A stretch of 64,000 nt of DNA, taken from NCBI GenBank assembly GCA_963717025.1, contig CAVQVJ010000003.1, forward strand, positions 964,969 through 1,028,968. The letters are read 5' to 3'. The position numbers and the translations under genes are program-made. Shown one piece after another: positions 26,690-36,173 of the stretch. The first letter of the stretch is position 1, and each line of letters starts with the position of its first letter. The notes under the pieces were generated by a model. That model was not told where the DNA came from. It did no database searches and worked only from the letters and a program-made list of their open reading frames with translations. The stretch is from an uncultured Actinomycetes bacterium. GTDB taxonomy: Bacteria > Actinomycetota > Thermoleophilia > Gaiellales > Gaiellaceae.

Positions 26690-27019
26690 CTACGTCGCGG
26701 CCGGCGCCTGGCGCGCGATCGCGACGCTCAGCGCAATGACGAGCGCGGCCGCGAGCGGGACGATGATCAGCCAGAACAAGGCGAAAGCACCCGCTGCCGC
26801 GCCGATGGAGACGAGAACCCCCGCAAGCGTCCGTGAGACGTCGAAGACGCGGTTGCCGATCACGATCAGAAGCCCGCCCCCCAGAAGGAACGCGACCCAG
26901 AACACGGTGTCGCCGGCCTCCCAGTCGGCGAGCAGCCCGGCGATTCCCGCGATGGCGTAGATCGCGGCGAGCGCCAGGGCGGTGATCCTCCAGATGAGCA
27001 CGGCGCGGGCGAAGGACAT
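26690..27019 (-). CDS. Hypothetical integral membrane protein (109 aa, about 4 TM)
   Basis: Continuous hydrophobic segments and good GC3. No family recognised. Confidence 0.55.
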   Translation of the reverse strand: MSFARAVLIWRITALALAAIYAIAGIAGLLADWEAGDTVFWVAFLLGGGLLIVIGNRVFDVSRTLAGVLVSIGAAAGAFALFWLIIVPLAAALVIALSVAIARQAPAAT

Positions 27020-27069
27020 CGGCCGCGAAGACTCTCAGCGAAGCCCGCGGCGGTCAAGTTGAAGTCAGG

Positions 27070-27143
27070 GGTGGCGGACGGGACTCGAACCCGCGACCAC
27101 CGGGACCACAACCCGGGGCTCTACCAACTGAGCTACCGCCACC
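27070..27143 (-). tRNA. tRNA-His (anticodon GTG)
   Basis: Reverse complement reads G-1 + gtggcgg...ccgccac + C. Anticodon stem ccggg/cccgg with loop ttGTGgt. The extra 5' G paired to discriminator C is the His identity feature. Confidence 0.9.
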
Positions 27144-27425
27144 GCGGAGCGGACAGGATAGCGCGGCCTTCCGGTGCTTCCGGGCCGCGCCCACGTTGAC
27201 GCGGACGGCGTCGGCGCGTACTCTGGCCGGGTCGTCGAGCGAGAGGAGGCCGTGATGAAAGTCATCTGCTGCATCACCTTCCGGCTCGACGCCGCCCTCA
27301 CCTAGAGACACTCGCGTCTCTTCGCTCGGCGGCCGCGAGCCGCGGCCGTGTTGTGCATCCGAAGCGAAGGAGACCACGTTGTCCCAGGGAATTCGGGCCG
27401 CGCTCCGCTCCATGGAGGCGGCCTC

Positions 27426-28160
27426 ATGAACGCACCGATCTCCGACCTGCTGCGTCCGGACGGGCGCTTGCTGGTCCGAACCGAAGGGGAGTGGACGTCC
27501 GAGACAGCGGAAGGCGCCGCCGCGGTCGCGCGGAAGGTCGGCGCACCGGCGCTCGCCCACGTCGGCGAGGAGGACGCGGCCGAGCGTGCCGCGCTGATCG
27601 CCGCCGGGTTCGCCGACTCCCGGCGCGAAGCGGTGATCACGATCTCGATCGAGCAGGCGCTCGAAGCGCTCCGAGGCGCCGCCCTCCCCGTGGGCGTCGA
27701 GCTCCGCTCGGCCGCCGACGTCGACGAGGACGAGCTCAGGCTCGTCGACGACGAGCTCCGGCAGGACGTGCCGGGCGCAGCCGGCTGGGAGAGCACACCC
27801 GAGGAGTTCCGCGAGCACACGTTCGCGGACCCGGCATTCGACCCACGGACCTATCTCGTAGCGGTCGACGCCGCTTCCGGGCGGTATCTCGGCGTCGTTC
27901 GGGTCTGGATGAATCCCCAAGGGCCGCGACTGGGATTCGTCGGCGTGCGCCGCGAGCACCGCCGACGAGGTCTCGGCTCCGCCCTCCTCATGAGCGCGTT
28001 GCAGGCCGTCCACGCGACGGGCGCCACGGAGCTGACGACGGAGTACGACGTGACGAACGAGGCATCGAGCGCGATTGCGGAACGCCTCGGGGCTAGGCGG
28101 ACGGGGCTGACTCTCGAGCTCGTCTACGAGCCGGAGCGGGAGGTGTCCCATGTCGGCTAG
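27426..28160 (+). CDS. GNAT-family N-acetyltransferase with an N-terminal extra domain
   Basis: ATG 27426 preceded by GGAGG. The C-terminal acetyl-CoA motif is VGVRREHRRRGLGSALLMSAL. The track ORF starts at 27348. Confidence 0.7.
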   Translation: MNAPISDLLRPDGRLLVRTEGEWTSETAEGAAAVARKVGAPALAHVGEEDAAERAALIAAGFADSRREAVITISIEQALEALRGAALPVGVELRSAADVDEDELRLVDDELRQDVPGAAGWESTPEEFREHTFADPAFDPRTYLVAVDAASGRYLGVVRVWMNPQGPRLGFVGVRREHRRRGLGSALLMSALQAVHATGATELTTEYDVTNEASSAIAERLGARRTGLTLELVYEPEREVSHVG

Positions 28161-29217
28161 CACCCTCGAGGCGCTCGGCTGGACCGATGACCTCGACGCC
28201 GCGTTCCAGAGCTACGCGGAGCGCGGCTTCGAGCCCGCTCGCGTCGTCGCGGAGCATCGCGGCGGCTACTTCGTCCGCAGCGCGCGGGGAGACCACCTCG
28301 CCCACGCCCGCGGCCGCCTGCGCGACAACGAGCTCTGGGGCGGGATGCCCGCGGTCGGCGACTGGGTCGCCATCGTGGACGCGCCCGGAGACCACCGGGC
28401 GATCGAGGCCCTCCTCCCGCGGCGGACGAAGGTCTCGCGAAAGACGCCCTGGCTGAAGGCCGAGGAGCACATCCTCGTCGCGAACGTCGACACCGTCTTC
28501 CTCGTCACGGGCCTCGACGGCGACTTCAACGTGCGAAGGCTCGAGCGGTACCTGATCGCCGCCTGGGACTCGGGCGCCGATCCCGTGCTCGTGCTCACGA
28601 AGCTCGACGTGTGCGAGGACGAGGAGATGCTGGGCGAGGCGGAGGCGGTAGCGCTCGGCGTGCCGATCTTCGCCGTCTCGAACGTCACCGGCGAGGGGAT
28701 CGACGAGCTCCGCGCGCTCCTCAGGCCTGCGCGGTCGTTCGTCCTCCTCGGCTCGTCAGGCGCCGGGAAGTCGACCCTCGTCAACCGGCTGGCCGGGAGG
28801 ACGCTCATGCCAACCGGCGATCTCCGGCGCGACGGACGCGGACGCCATACGACCCGCCACCGCCAGCTGCTCGTGCTCCCCGGTGGCGCCATCGTGATCG
28901 ACACGCCGGGCTTGCGCGAGCTCCAGGTGTGGGAGGGCGACGTCGACGAGGCGTTCACGGACATCGCCGAGCTCGCCACACAGTGCCGGTTCAACGACTG
29001 CGCGCATGACACGGAGCCGGACTGCGCCGTGCAGGACGCGCTTGCGACGGGCGTGCTCGACGAGGGTCGCTGGGCGAGCTACCGCAGGCTCCAGCGCGAG
29101 CTGCTGGCAGTCGAGCGGCGGTCGAACCAGCGCCTGCATCGCGAGCTGAAGCGCCGCTGGAAGACCAGAGCGCGCGAGACGCGGGCCGCACGCCGCCACC
29201 GCGAGCGGTTCGAGTAG
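28150..29217 (+). CDS. rsgA: Ribosome small-subunit biogenesis GTPase RsgA (YjeQ)
   Basis: Circularly permuted GTPase order (NVDTVFLV, LTKLD, GSSGAGKSTLVNRL, GRHTTRH, DTPGLRE) and the zinc knuckle FNDCAHDTEPDCAV. Confidence 0.9.
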   Translation: MSASTLEALGWTDDLDAAFQSYAERGFEPARVVAEHRGGYFVRSARGDHLAHARGRLRDNELWGGMPAVGDWVAIVDAPGDHRAIEALLPRRTKVSRKTPWLKAEEHILVANVDTVFLVTGLDGDFNVRRLERYLIAAWDSGADPVLVLTKLDVCEDEEMLGEAEAVALGVPIFAVSNVTGEGIDELRALLRPARSFVLLGSSGAGKSTLVNRLAGRTLMPTGDLRRDGRGRHTTRHRQLLVLPGGAIVIDTPGLRELQVWEGDVDEAFTDIAELATQCRFNDCAHDTEPDCAVQDALATGVLDEGRWASYRRLQRELLAVERRSNQRLHRELKRRWKTRARETRAARRHRERFE

Positions 29218-29236
29218 GTGTCGAGCGCGGGTCCGC

Positions 29237-30148
29237 CTACTTCCGAAGCTGGGTGATCCAGTACTCGGCGTCGGGCGGCAGCGGCGTAGGCCGGAAGCGG
29301 GCGTTGACGGCGTACAGCCGATTGCCGTGCTCGGCGATCGTCGTCGGCACGTCGAAGCCGGGGTTTCCGGTGCGCGTCACGACACGACCCGAGCGGAGCT
29401 TCGAGGTGAGCGCGATCTTCGCGACGAGATTCAGCTGGTTCTGGACGACGTACAGCGTGTGGCCGTCGAGCAGGATCCCGTCGCCGTTCGGCACGATCTC
29501 ACCGCCCGCGAGCGCGATCGCCCTCGTCCTTCCTGCAGGCGTCACCGTGAAGAGCCTTCCGGTGCCCGACTGTACGACGACGAGTGTCTTGCCGTTCGGA
29601 GTCGCGTCGATCCCGTTCAGGTTGAACCCGGGAGCGTGCTGGTAGTCGCCCGTGAGTGTGACCGTCCGCACCGCCGACTGCGCGCCAGGTCGGCCGTTCG
29701 CGCGGAGCGGCAGACGGTAGAGGACGGGCTTGAATGAGTCGGTGAACCAGGCTGCGCGCTTCGTAACGACGACGTCGTTGATGAAGCTGCCGCCCGGCGA
29801 GAGCTGGAAGCTTGCGATGCTCGACCCGTTGCGGGCGTTATAGACGAACGCCATGCCTGTCGGCCCCCCGGCGACGAAGAGTCGCCCGCGGTCGATCTTC
29901 AGTCCGATCGCGTTCCGACCGCTCTGCGACTGCACGAGGACGTCGCCTGAGCCGGTGCGGACGCTCCCGCGGTATACGGCGCCACTCGGGATCGAGCCGG
30001 CGTAGAACTGTCCGCCGGCGATCGCGATTCCTTCGGGCTGGAAGCCGTCTGGCAGGTCGATCCGCTCCGGGAACTGCATTCCGCCCGCGGTCGCGGTCGT
30101 GGCCGCGACGGCAGCGATCGTCAAGACAGCCAGGAATAGCCGATTCAT
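29237..30148 (-). CDS. Secreted beta-propeller protein (SMP-30/gluconolactonase/LRE-like, tentative)
   Basis: 303 aa. Signal peptide MNRLFLAVLTIAAVAATTATA. Repetitive blade-like segments (GIAI.., NGID.., DGILL..). The function is not established from sequence alone. Confidence 0.55.
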   Translation of the reverse strand: MNRLFLAVLTIAAVAATTATAGGMQFPERIDLPDGFQPEGIAIAGGQFYAGSIPSGAVYRGSVRTGSGDVLVQSQSGRNAIGLKIDRGRLFVAGGPTGMAFVYNARNGSSIASFQLSPGGSFINDVVVTKRAAWFTDSFKPVLYRLPLRANGRPGAQSAVRTVTLTGDYQHAPGFNLNGIDATPNGKTLVVVQSGTGRLFTVTPAGRTRAIALAGGEIVPNGDGILLDGHTLYVVQNQLNLVAKIALTSKLRSGRVVTRTGNPGFDVPTTIAEHGNRLYAVNARFRPTPLPPDAEYWITQLRK

Positions 30149-30268
30149 GAGAACCCCCCTCTCGTCCTGGGCCGGTCCAACGTAGCTACGTAGTCGAGGG
30201 CGGTGTCGGATCGACCGTCGAGCCCCAAGCGTCGCGTCGGCCGGCCATCACCGGAATGATCCGGGTCG

Positions 30269-30703
30269 ATGGACAACCGCGCCTACCAGCTCGAGCGCGA
30301 CCGAGTCGACGTCGCGCGGTCACGCCTTCCTGCGCCGGTCTTGACCTACCTGGGAGGCCGCCAGTGGCGTCTCGAACAGGACTACACCTACCGCGACGGC
30401 GCGACGACGATCACGGTGCCGGCAGGTTTCGAGTTCGACCTCTCGTCCGTGCCGCGCGCGTTCTGGTGGCTGGTTGCGCCGTTCGAGCTGTCGATCGCCG
30501 CCCCGCTCCTCCATGACTTTCTCTACCGACACCGCGGCCGGCCTCCCGCAGGCTCGACCGAGCCGCCACGGACGTACACGCGCGCCGAGGCCGACCGGAT
30601 GTTCCGCACGATCATGGAGCAGGAAGGCGTCCCTGCCTGGCGGCGCCTCGTCGGCCAGGCGGCCGTGCGAGTCTTCGGCGGCCCCGACTGGCGAGCGGAC
30701 TGA
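30269..30703 (+). CDS. DUF1353 domain protein
   Basis: 144 aa. VPAGFEFDLSSVPR.FW......E....APLLHDFLY and R.EADRMF match the DUF1353 pattern. Confidence 0.75.
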   Translation: MDNRAYQLERDRVDVARSRLPAPVLTYLGGRQWRLEQDYTYRDGATTITVPAGFEFDLSSVPRAFWWLVAPFELSIAAPLLHDFLYRHRGRPPAGSTEPPRTYTRAEADRMFRTIMEQEGVPAWRRLVGQAAVRVFGGPDWRAD

Positions 30704-30732
30704 CGGCCACCGTCGCACCAGTCGCGGGAGAT

Positions 30733-31869
30733 CTATCCAGGCGCCGCGGAAGGTTCCAGCGGTGGTGGCTCGGGCGCCTCTGCTTCCAGCGCCGCCTTGG
30801 CCTCTGCGACCTTGGCTCGGCGTTCCTTCGTCAGTTCCTGGACGAAGATCTGGATCGTGGCGGCGAGCGGGACGGCGGTGAGCGCACCGAGGACACCCAG
30901 TAACGCACCGAAGAGCGTGACGGCGACGATGATGAAGAACCCGGAGATGTTGACGGCCACGCCCTGGATCTTCGGCGTCAGGATGTTGTTCTCGACCTGC
31001 TGGTAGACGAGCAGGACGACGAGCATGATGATCGCCGCGGTGAGCCCTTCCTCGGCCCAGATCACTGGCACGAGGATGACGCCGGCGATGGTGGCGCCGA
31101 TGTTCGGGATCATGTCGAGTAGCCCTGCGATGACTCCCAGGGCAAGGGCATAGCTGGACCCGAGCAGGAACGCCGTGAGTCCCTGTGTGACTCCGGCAAT
31201 CGTTGCGATCACGACGACACCGATCGCCCAACGCGAGATCGTGGTCGTCACGCGCTCCCACACGTCCAACCAGCGCTCGTCCTCGCCTGGCATCAGCACG
31301 CTCCCCAACGCCCGCTTCAAGTTGGCGATGTCGCTGAGCAGGAAGATGCAGATGAAGATGATCGTGAACGAAACGAGGAAGACGGAGAAGAAGTCGCCCG
31401 CGATGCCGAGCACCGCCGAGATCGCATCCGGTACCGCCGACGCGACCTCCTCGGAGCCCGCCTGCACGTTCTCGGCGGCCCCGCTGTCGCCGAGCCACGA
31501 CGACAGCTCGTCCGACTCGCGCAGTTGCTCGACCGTGTCCGGTAGGTCCTGGAGGAAGTCCCGCACGCCGCCGACCATCGGCACGAGGAGCAGCAGCATG
31601 ACCACCAGCACCGCGGCGGCCGTGCCGATGACGGTGACTGCCGCCGCGAGCCCGCGCGACATCTTCGTCTTCGACATCAGCCACCGAACGGGATACTCGA
31701 ATACGAGCGCCAGGAAGATCCCGATGAAGACGATCAGGAAGGTGTCGCCGATCGCCGCGAACGCAGCAAGCACGCCGATCGTCGCAGCGACCAGCACCAC
31801 CGTCCGCATCGGCAGGATCAACTCGATGCGCCGTGTCTCACCTGTGTTCATGGGGTCTGGAGTCGACAT
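30733..31869 (-). CDS. AI-2E family transporter (PerM/UPF0118)
   Basis: 378 aa, multi-TM, with the characteristic C-terminal region GLLDMIPNIGATIAG...LVYQQVENNILTPKI. Confidence 0.85.
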   Translation of the reverse strand: MSTPDPMNTGETRRIELILPMRTVVLVAATIGVLAAFAAIGDTFLIVFIGIFLALVFEYPVRWLMSKTKMSRGLAAAVTVIGTAAAVLVVMLLLLVPMVGGVRDFLQDLPDTVEQLRESDELSSWLGDSGAAENVQAGSEEVASAVPDAISAVLGIAGDFFSVFLVSFTIIFICIFLLSDIANLKRALGSVLMPGEDERWLDVWERVTTTISRWAIGVVVIATIAGVTQGLTAFLLGSSYALALGVIAGLLDMIPNIGATIAGVILVPVIWAEEGLTAAIIMLVVLLVYQQVENNILTPKIQGVAVNISGFFIIVAVTLFGALLGVLGALTAVPLAATIQIFVQELTKERRAKVAEAKAALEAEAPEPPPLEPSAAPG

Positions 31870-32043
31870 CGAGATCTACTGGATCGCCACGGGGACGCGG
31901 AGGCGTTCGTCCGGGCTGATGAGGTGGTCGTCGTCCACGGCGGGTCTGCGTCGAGTCGCACCCAGTGGATTCGACCGCCGCACGCGCAGTCCTTGAGCCG
32001 TCGTCTCTGACGGGCGCCGAGGAACGAGATAGGGTCTTGACCC

Positions 32044-33198
32044 GTGGTCGACGAGGAGAAACAGCTCGCGGAGGAAGGCTCCGAGCCCAGAAGGACCTCC
32101 AAGTGGCGCCTGATCGGCGCACGCGTGCTGACCGTCGTGGCGATCCTGCTTGCGCTCGTCGGGATGATCGCCTTCTACGTGGAGCACACGGCCCTCGACG
32201 AGGAAGGGTTCAAAACGGTCTCGCAGAATCTGATCGAGAAGGACACGGTCCGTACGCAGGTCGCGAACACCTCCGTCGAGGCGCTGTTCGCGAACGTCGA
32301 CGTGGAGGCGGCTATCGCGGAACGGCTGCCTCCGGCTCAGCAAGGGTTGGCCCCGGTTCTGGCCGGCATCGCACGCTCGGGCGCGAATCAGGCGGCCGAA
32401 GCAGCCCTTGAACGTCCGCGCGTGCAAGACCTCTGGGTGCAGACGACCACCGCGACGCAGCGGCAGCTCGTGCGGCTGTTGGACGACGAGACGACGTTCA
32501 TCCAGACCGAAGGTGGGCAGGTCGTGCTCGACCTTCGTCCGATCGTGATTGACCTCGGCGAGGAGATAGCCGTGATCGGACGGGTAGCCGAGGAGCTTCC
32601 CGACTCCGCGGGGAGGGTCGTGATCCTCGAGGAGAGCCAGCTGGAGACGGCCCAGTCGGCCACGCGAGTCCTGCGCGCCGTCGCCGACTGGATGTGGCTC
32701 GTCGCCCTCGCCGTCGCGGCACTCGCAGTCTGGCTCGCCCGCGGGCGCCGCCGGATCGAGATCCGCGCGCTCGCGATCGGCGTGCTCCTCGTCGGGCTCC
32801 TGATGCTGCTCGTACGCCGAGTCGCGGGCGGCTACCTCGTCGATCGGCTCGCCGAGGATGAAGGCGTCAAGCCGGCCGTGGCAGATGCGTGGAGCATCCT
32901 TACGCAGACCCTGGCCGACCGCGCCTGGGTGTGGATCATCCTCGGTGTCGTCACGCTGGCGGGCGTCTGGTTCGTCGGCGAGACTGGTCGCGCCGCCCAG
33001 GCGCGCCGCGCCGCGCAGCCCATCCTGGAGAGTCGCCTCACGACATACGCGATCGCCGCGGGAGCCCTGCTCGTGCTGGGGCTGGTCGCTCCGTTCTTCA
33101 CGCGCGGCTGGACGATGACGCTCCTTCTGATCGCGCTGGTCGTCGTGGGCATAGAGGTCGTCCGAAGCATCGTCCAGCGAGAAGCGCAGCCGAGCTGA
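32044..33198 (+). CDS. Hypothetical integral membrane protein
   Basis: 384 aa. One N-terminal TM helix, a roughly 200-aa extracytoplasmic-looking segment, then about 5 TM helices. No family recognised. Confidence 0.6.
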   Translation: MVDEEKQLAEEGSEPRRTSKWRLIGARVLTVVAILLALVGMIAFYVEHTALDEEGFKTVSQNLIEKDTVRTQVANTSVEALFANVDVEAAIAERLPPAQQGLAPVLAGIARSGANQAAEAALERPRVQDLWVQTTTATQRQLVRLLDDETTFIQTEGGQVVLDLRPIVIDLGEEIAVIGRVAEELPDSAGRVVILEESQLETAQSATRVLRAVADWMWLVALAVAALAVWLARGRRRIEIRALAIGVLLVGLLMLLVRRVAGGYLVDRLAEDEGVKPAVADAWSILTQTLADRAWVWIILGVVTLAGVWFVGETGRAAQARRAAQPILESRLTTYAIAAGALLVLGLVAPFFTRGWTMTLLLIALVVVGIEVVRSIVQREAQPS

Positions 33199-33360
33199 AT
33201 CTTGCGCGGGTCCAAGGACCGCGCACGCGACGCAGCCCGCGCGATGGCGCGTACCGAACGGGCTGTTAAGTGACCTGGATGGCCGGCGACGTATGGTTGC
33301 GCACGACCGCCCGAATGGCGGAGACGTGCGAACGGCGAGATCCCAGACGAGGAGGGCGAG

Positions 33361-34146
33361 ATGGCCACTGCAACCCGCAAGCGGGACACACGTCTTTCCG
33401 ACGACGATCTGGCGCGCGCACTCGCGCTGATCAAGGACTCCGACAGCGTCGAGCTGAAGCTCACGGTGCCGGAGACCGAGCACAGCTCGACCGTTGCGGC
33501 GTTGGAGATGGATCCCCTCGACGCCCAGATCCGGCAGGTGTTCTTCTTCGACACGCCCGACCTGACGCTGTACGAGCGCGGCGTGGTCGCTCGAGCCCGC
33601 CGTGTGCAGAAGAAGGGCGACGACTCCGTCGTGAAGCTCAGGCCGGTCGTCCCGTCGGAGCTCCCGGGCCGCGTGCGCCGGTCAGCGGAGTTCGGTGTCG
33701 AGGTCGACGCCATGCCCGGAGGGTTCGTCTGCTCGGGCTCGATGAAGGGGGTGCCGAAGGCGGACGTTCGCGGGACCATCGTCGAGAAGGGGCGGCTGCA
33801 AAAGCTGTTCACGAAGGAGCAGCGTGCGTTCTACGACGAGAACGCCCCGGTGGGCATCGCGCTCGACGACCTGTCCGTTCTCGGCCCGATCTTCGTGCTC
33901 AAGCTGAAGTTCGCTCCGAGAGAGTTCGACCGCAGCATGGTCGCCGAGATGTGGCTGTATCCCGACGGCTCGCGGATCCTCGAGCTCTCGACCAAGTGTG
34001 TCCCCACCGAAGCGTTCCAGGTCGCCGCAGAGGCCCGGGCTTTCCTGGCAGGACGGGGCGTGGACCTCGGCGGCGAGCAGGAGACGAAGACGCGCAAGGC
34101 GCTCGAGTTCTTCTCCAAGCGGCTGAAGGCGACAAGCGCCGCCTAA
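33361..34146 (+). CDS. CYTH-like (triphosphate tunnel) domain protein, paralog A (tentative family call)
   Basis: 261 aa with SVELKLTVP..., RQVFFFDTPDLTL...GVVARARRVQ..GDDSVVKLRP. About two-thirds identical by eye to the product of 51857..52633. Confidence 0.6.
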   Translation: MATATRKRDTRLSDDDLARALALIKDSDSVELKLTVPETEHSSTVAALEMDPLDAQIRQVFFFDTPDLTLYERGVVARARRVQKKGDDSVVKLRPVVPSELPGRVRRSAEFGVEVDAMPGGFVCSGSMKGVPKADVRGTIVEKGRLQKLFTKEQRAFYDENAPVGIALDDLSVLGPIFVLKLKFAPREFDRSMVAEMWLYPDGSRILELSTKCVPTEAFQVAAEARAFLAGRGVDLGGEQETKTRKALEFFSKRLKATSAA

Positions 34147-34264
34147 CGGGGCCGGGCGCCGTGGAGGCACGATGGTTCTAGGCCGTCACGCTGGTGAGTT
34201 CGCCACGGCGCGAGCCTGACGACGGCGAGGATCCCGGGCGTGGTGCTCCTATCATCAGCCGGGG

Positions 34265-35065
34265 ATGGCGAGAACCAAGCGCACGCAGGAGGAGGAGTGG
34301 CGTTGCGTCCTCGAGGGCGAGGACACCGGGCACTTCTGTTGGAAGCCGTGGGTCCGTCGCGTCAGCCGAGCGATACCGTCGGAGCCCCGCTGCAAGCTCT
34401 GCCACACGCCATTCGGCGCTCCCGGCAGTGTTCTTCGGTTCGTGGGGTTCGGGCCATCTCGGCTCAATCGCCGCATATGCAGCGGCTGTATCGGTGCGCT
34501 TCAGAAGAGACCGGGAGGCGCGGAGGTCGACCTCACGCTGCTGTTCGCGGACGTGCGGGGCTCGACGCAACTAGCAGAGAGCATGGGTGCCGAGCCTTTC
34601 TCGCAGCTCATGGCTCGGTTCTACGGTGCCGCTGCGGCGGTCGTCGACGAGCGCGACGGCATCGTCGACAAGTTCGTCGGCGATGAAGTGGTCGCGCTCT
34701 TCATCCCGGGCTTCGTCGGGTCTGATCACGCCGCGGTCGCGATCAGCGCCGCTCGCGAGCTCGTCGCAGCCACCGGGCATCGAGACGGAGAGGAGCCGTG
34801 GATCCCGGTCGGAGTGGCGGTACACACGGGCACTGCCTACGTCGGCTCAGTGGGAGAAGGGGACGCGCTGGACTTCACCGCGCTCGGCGACGCGGTCAAC
34901 ACGGCGGCTCGGCTCGCAGGGCGGGCGGGCGCGGGTGAGATCCTCGTCAGCGACGCAGCAGCGACTGTCGCCGGGCTCGACACCGGGGGCCTCGAGGGAC
35001 GGACGCTGGAGCTGAGAGGTAAGACCGAGAACACCGACGCGTGGGTTGTCTCAGCTGTGACGTAA
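34265..35065 (+). CDS. Class III adenylate/guanylate cyclase with an N-terminal Cys-rich (zinc-ribbon-like) segment
   Basis: Catalytic core LTLLFADVRGST..., DKFVGDEVVALF, GVAVHTGTAYVG, FTALGDAVNTAARL. The N-terminus has CxxxxxxxxxxC / CKLC / CSGC cysteines. Confidence 0.8.
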   Translation: MARTKRTQEEEWRCVLEGEDTGHFCWKPWVRRVSRAIPSEPRCKLCHTPFGAPGSVLRFVGFGPSRLNRRICSGCIGALQKRPGGAEVDLTLLFADVRGSTQLAESMGAEPFSQLMARFYGAAAAVVDERDGIVDKFVGDEVVALFIPGFVGSDHAAVAISAARELVAATGHRDGEEPWIPVGVAVHTGTAYVGSVGEGDALDFTALGDAVNTAARLAGRAGAGEILVSDAAATVAGLDTGGLEGRTLELRGKTENTDAWVVSAVT

Positions 35066-35204
35066 GGGCCGGGATCTCGGGCGCTTGCCAGGCCTCTGGC
35101 CGAGCTCTTTCAGCTGTGGCGCGGAACCATGCGGTCCAGAGCACATGGTCCCGCGCCACGAGTCTCGGTGCCGCTCCGGGTGGACGTCTCCACCCAGAGA
35201 ACGC

Positions 35205-35218
35205 TTCACCGGGGTGAA
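35205..35218. promoter_or_regulatory. Palindrome site 1: TTCACCGGGGTGAA
   Basis: One central mismatch to TTCACCCGGGTGAA. It lies in the gap between two convergent gene ends (35065 and 35276). GGGATC box at 35231. Confidence 0.5.
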
Positions 35219-35275
35219 CGGCTAGGCGATGGGATCACGCCGAGGATGACGAACCGCAGGTCGCGATGGTCGCGG

Positions 35276-35701
35276 CTACTCGAGGTCGCAGTCGTCCGGA
35301 GCGGCGGCTTCGAGTGTCTCCCAGGCGGTGACGGCGGCGCTCACGGACGCGCCGATCGCGGCCAGCGACTCACTGGTCAGCTCGTCTTGCGCGGAAGCCG
35401 TCTCGACGTCGGCGACGATGTCCTCCACGCTCGCCTTGAGCGTGTCGATCTCCGTACCCAGGTCCTCTTCTACGACGGCCTGCGCCTCATTGGCGTCGGT
35501 GAGGACCTGGTTCGCCGCTTCATCGAGCTCTGCGACAGTCGTGTCGTCGAGCTCGATGTCCTGGAGACTCTGAACCGAGCCCTGAAGATCCTGCAGGCTC
35601 TGACAGACCTCGGACTCCTCGCCTCCGCAGCCGACGCCGAGCACGAGCATGGCGAAGGCTGCGGCCACCAGAAGCAGGGAGCGGTTCACGCCGCACATCA
35701 T
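35276..35701 (-). CDS. Lipoprotein, acidic helical (141 aa)
   Basis: ATG 35701 (MMCGVNRSLLLVAAAFAMLVLGVGCGGEE..). Lipobox LGVGC. The remainder is acidic and coiled-coil-like. The longer track ORF upstream is unsupported. Confidence 0.65.
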   Translation of the reverse strand: MMCGVNRSLLLVAAAFAMLVLGVGCGGEESEVCQSLQDLQGSVQSLQDIELDDTTVAELDEAANQVLTDANEAQAVVEEDLGTEIDTLKASVEDIVADVETASAQDELTSESLAAIGASVSAAVTAWETLEAAAPDDCDLE

Positions 35702-35740
35702 CCTCACCGAGGACAGCGTCGGCCTCACCCGCTGACCGGT

Positions 35741-35754
35741 TTCACCCGGGTGAA
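35741..35754. promoter_or_regulatory. Palindrome site 2: TTCACCCGGGTGAA (perfect)
   Basis: Divergent gap, 40 nt from the lipoprotein start and 95 nt before the small ORF at 35849. GGGTGT box at 35765. Confidence 0.6.
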
Positions 35755-35848
35755 CATCCAGGTCGGGTGTTTCCTCGTCGAGCCGCGAGCGCCAGTGTCT
35801 CGAAGCGTGATCTAGCCCCCGATCTGCCGGGCGACGAAAGGAGAAACG

Positions 35849-36022
35849 ATGTGGTGGTTCATCGGAATTGGTGGACTCCTCGTGTACCTGATCCTGTTGT
35901 GGACGCTCGGTCTCACCACGCTGAGAAACGGACATGGCTGGATGTTCGTCTTCGGGTGCTTCTTCCCGGTGTTCTGGCTCATCGGGGCGTTCATGGCGCC
36001 GGCGAGCCAGGAGTACGCCTGA
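35849..36022 (+). CDS. Small membrane protein (57 aa), not in the ORF track
   Basis: AAAGGAGAAAC RBS then ATG: MWWFIGIGGLLVYLILLWTLGLTTLRNGHGWMFVFGCFFPVFWLIGAFMAPASQEYA. Two hydrophobic helices. Confidence 0.55.
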   Translation: MWWFIGIGGLLVYLILLWTLGLTTLRNGHGWMFVFGCFFPVFWLIGAFMAPASQEYA

Positions 36023-36173
36023 GCTTCGAGCGAGACGGAGAACACGCGTGGCCAGGTCGGCCAAGCTGTAGTTCACCGGCTGCACGTGACTCCTGAGTGA
36101 GCGAGCAGCGTTCAGGCTGGGCGCCGCGGTCTGGCACGCGGCGCCCTCTTCCCTGCTTTGGAGCCGTCGTGCT

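Noticed and set aside
34184-34197. GTCACGCTGGTGAG upstream of the cyclase gene, and the half-site CCGGGTGA at about 54563 in the kinase/regulator divergent gap
   Set aside because: There are only 10/14 matches, or a single arm, and no downstream box. This is too weak to count as sites without a formal matrix scan. They may be low-affinity sites.
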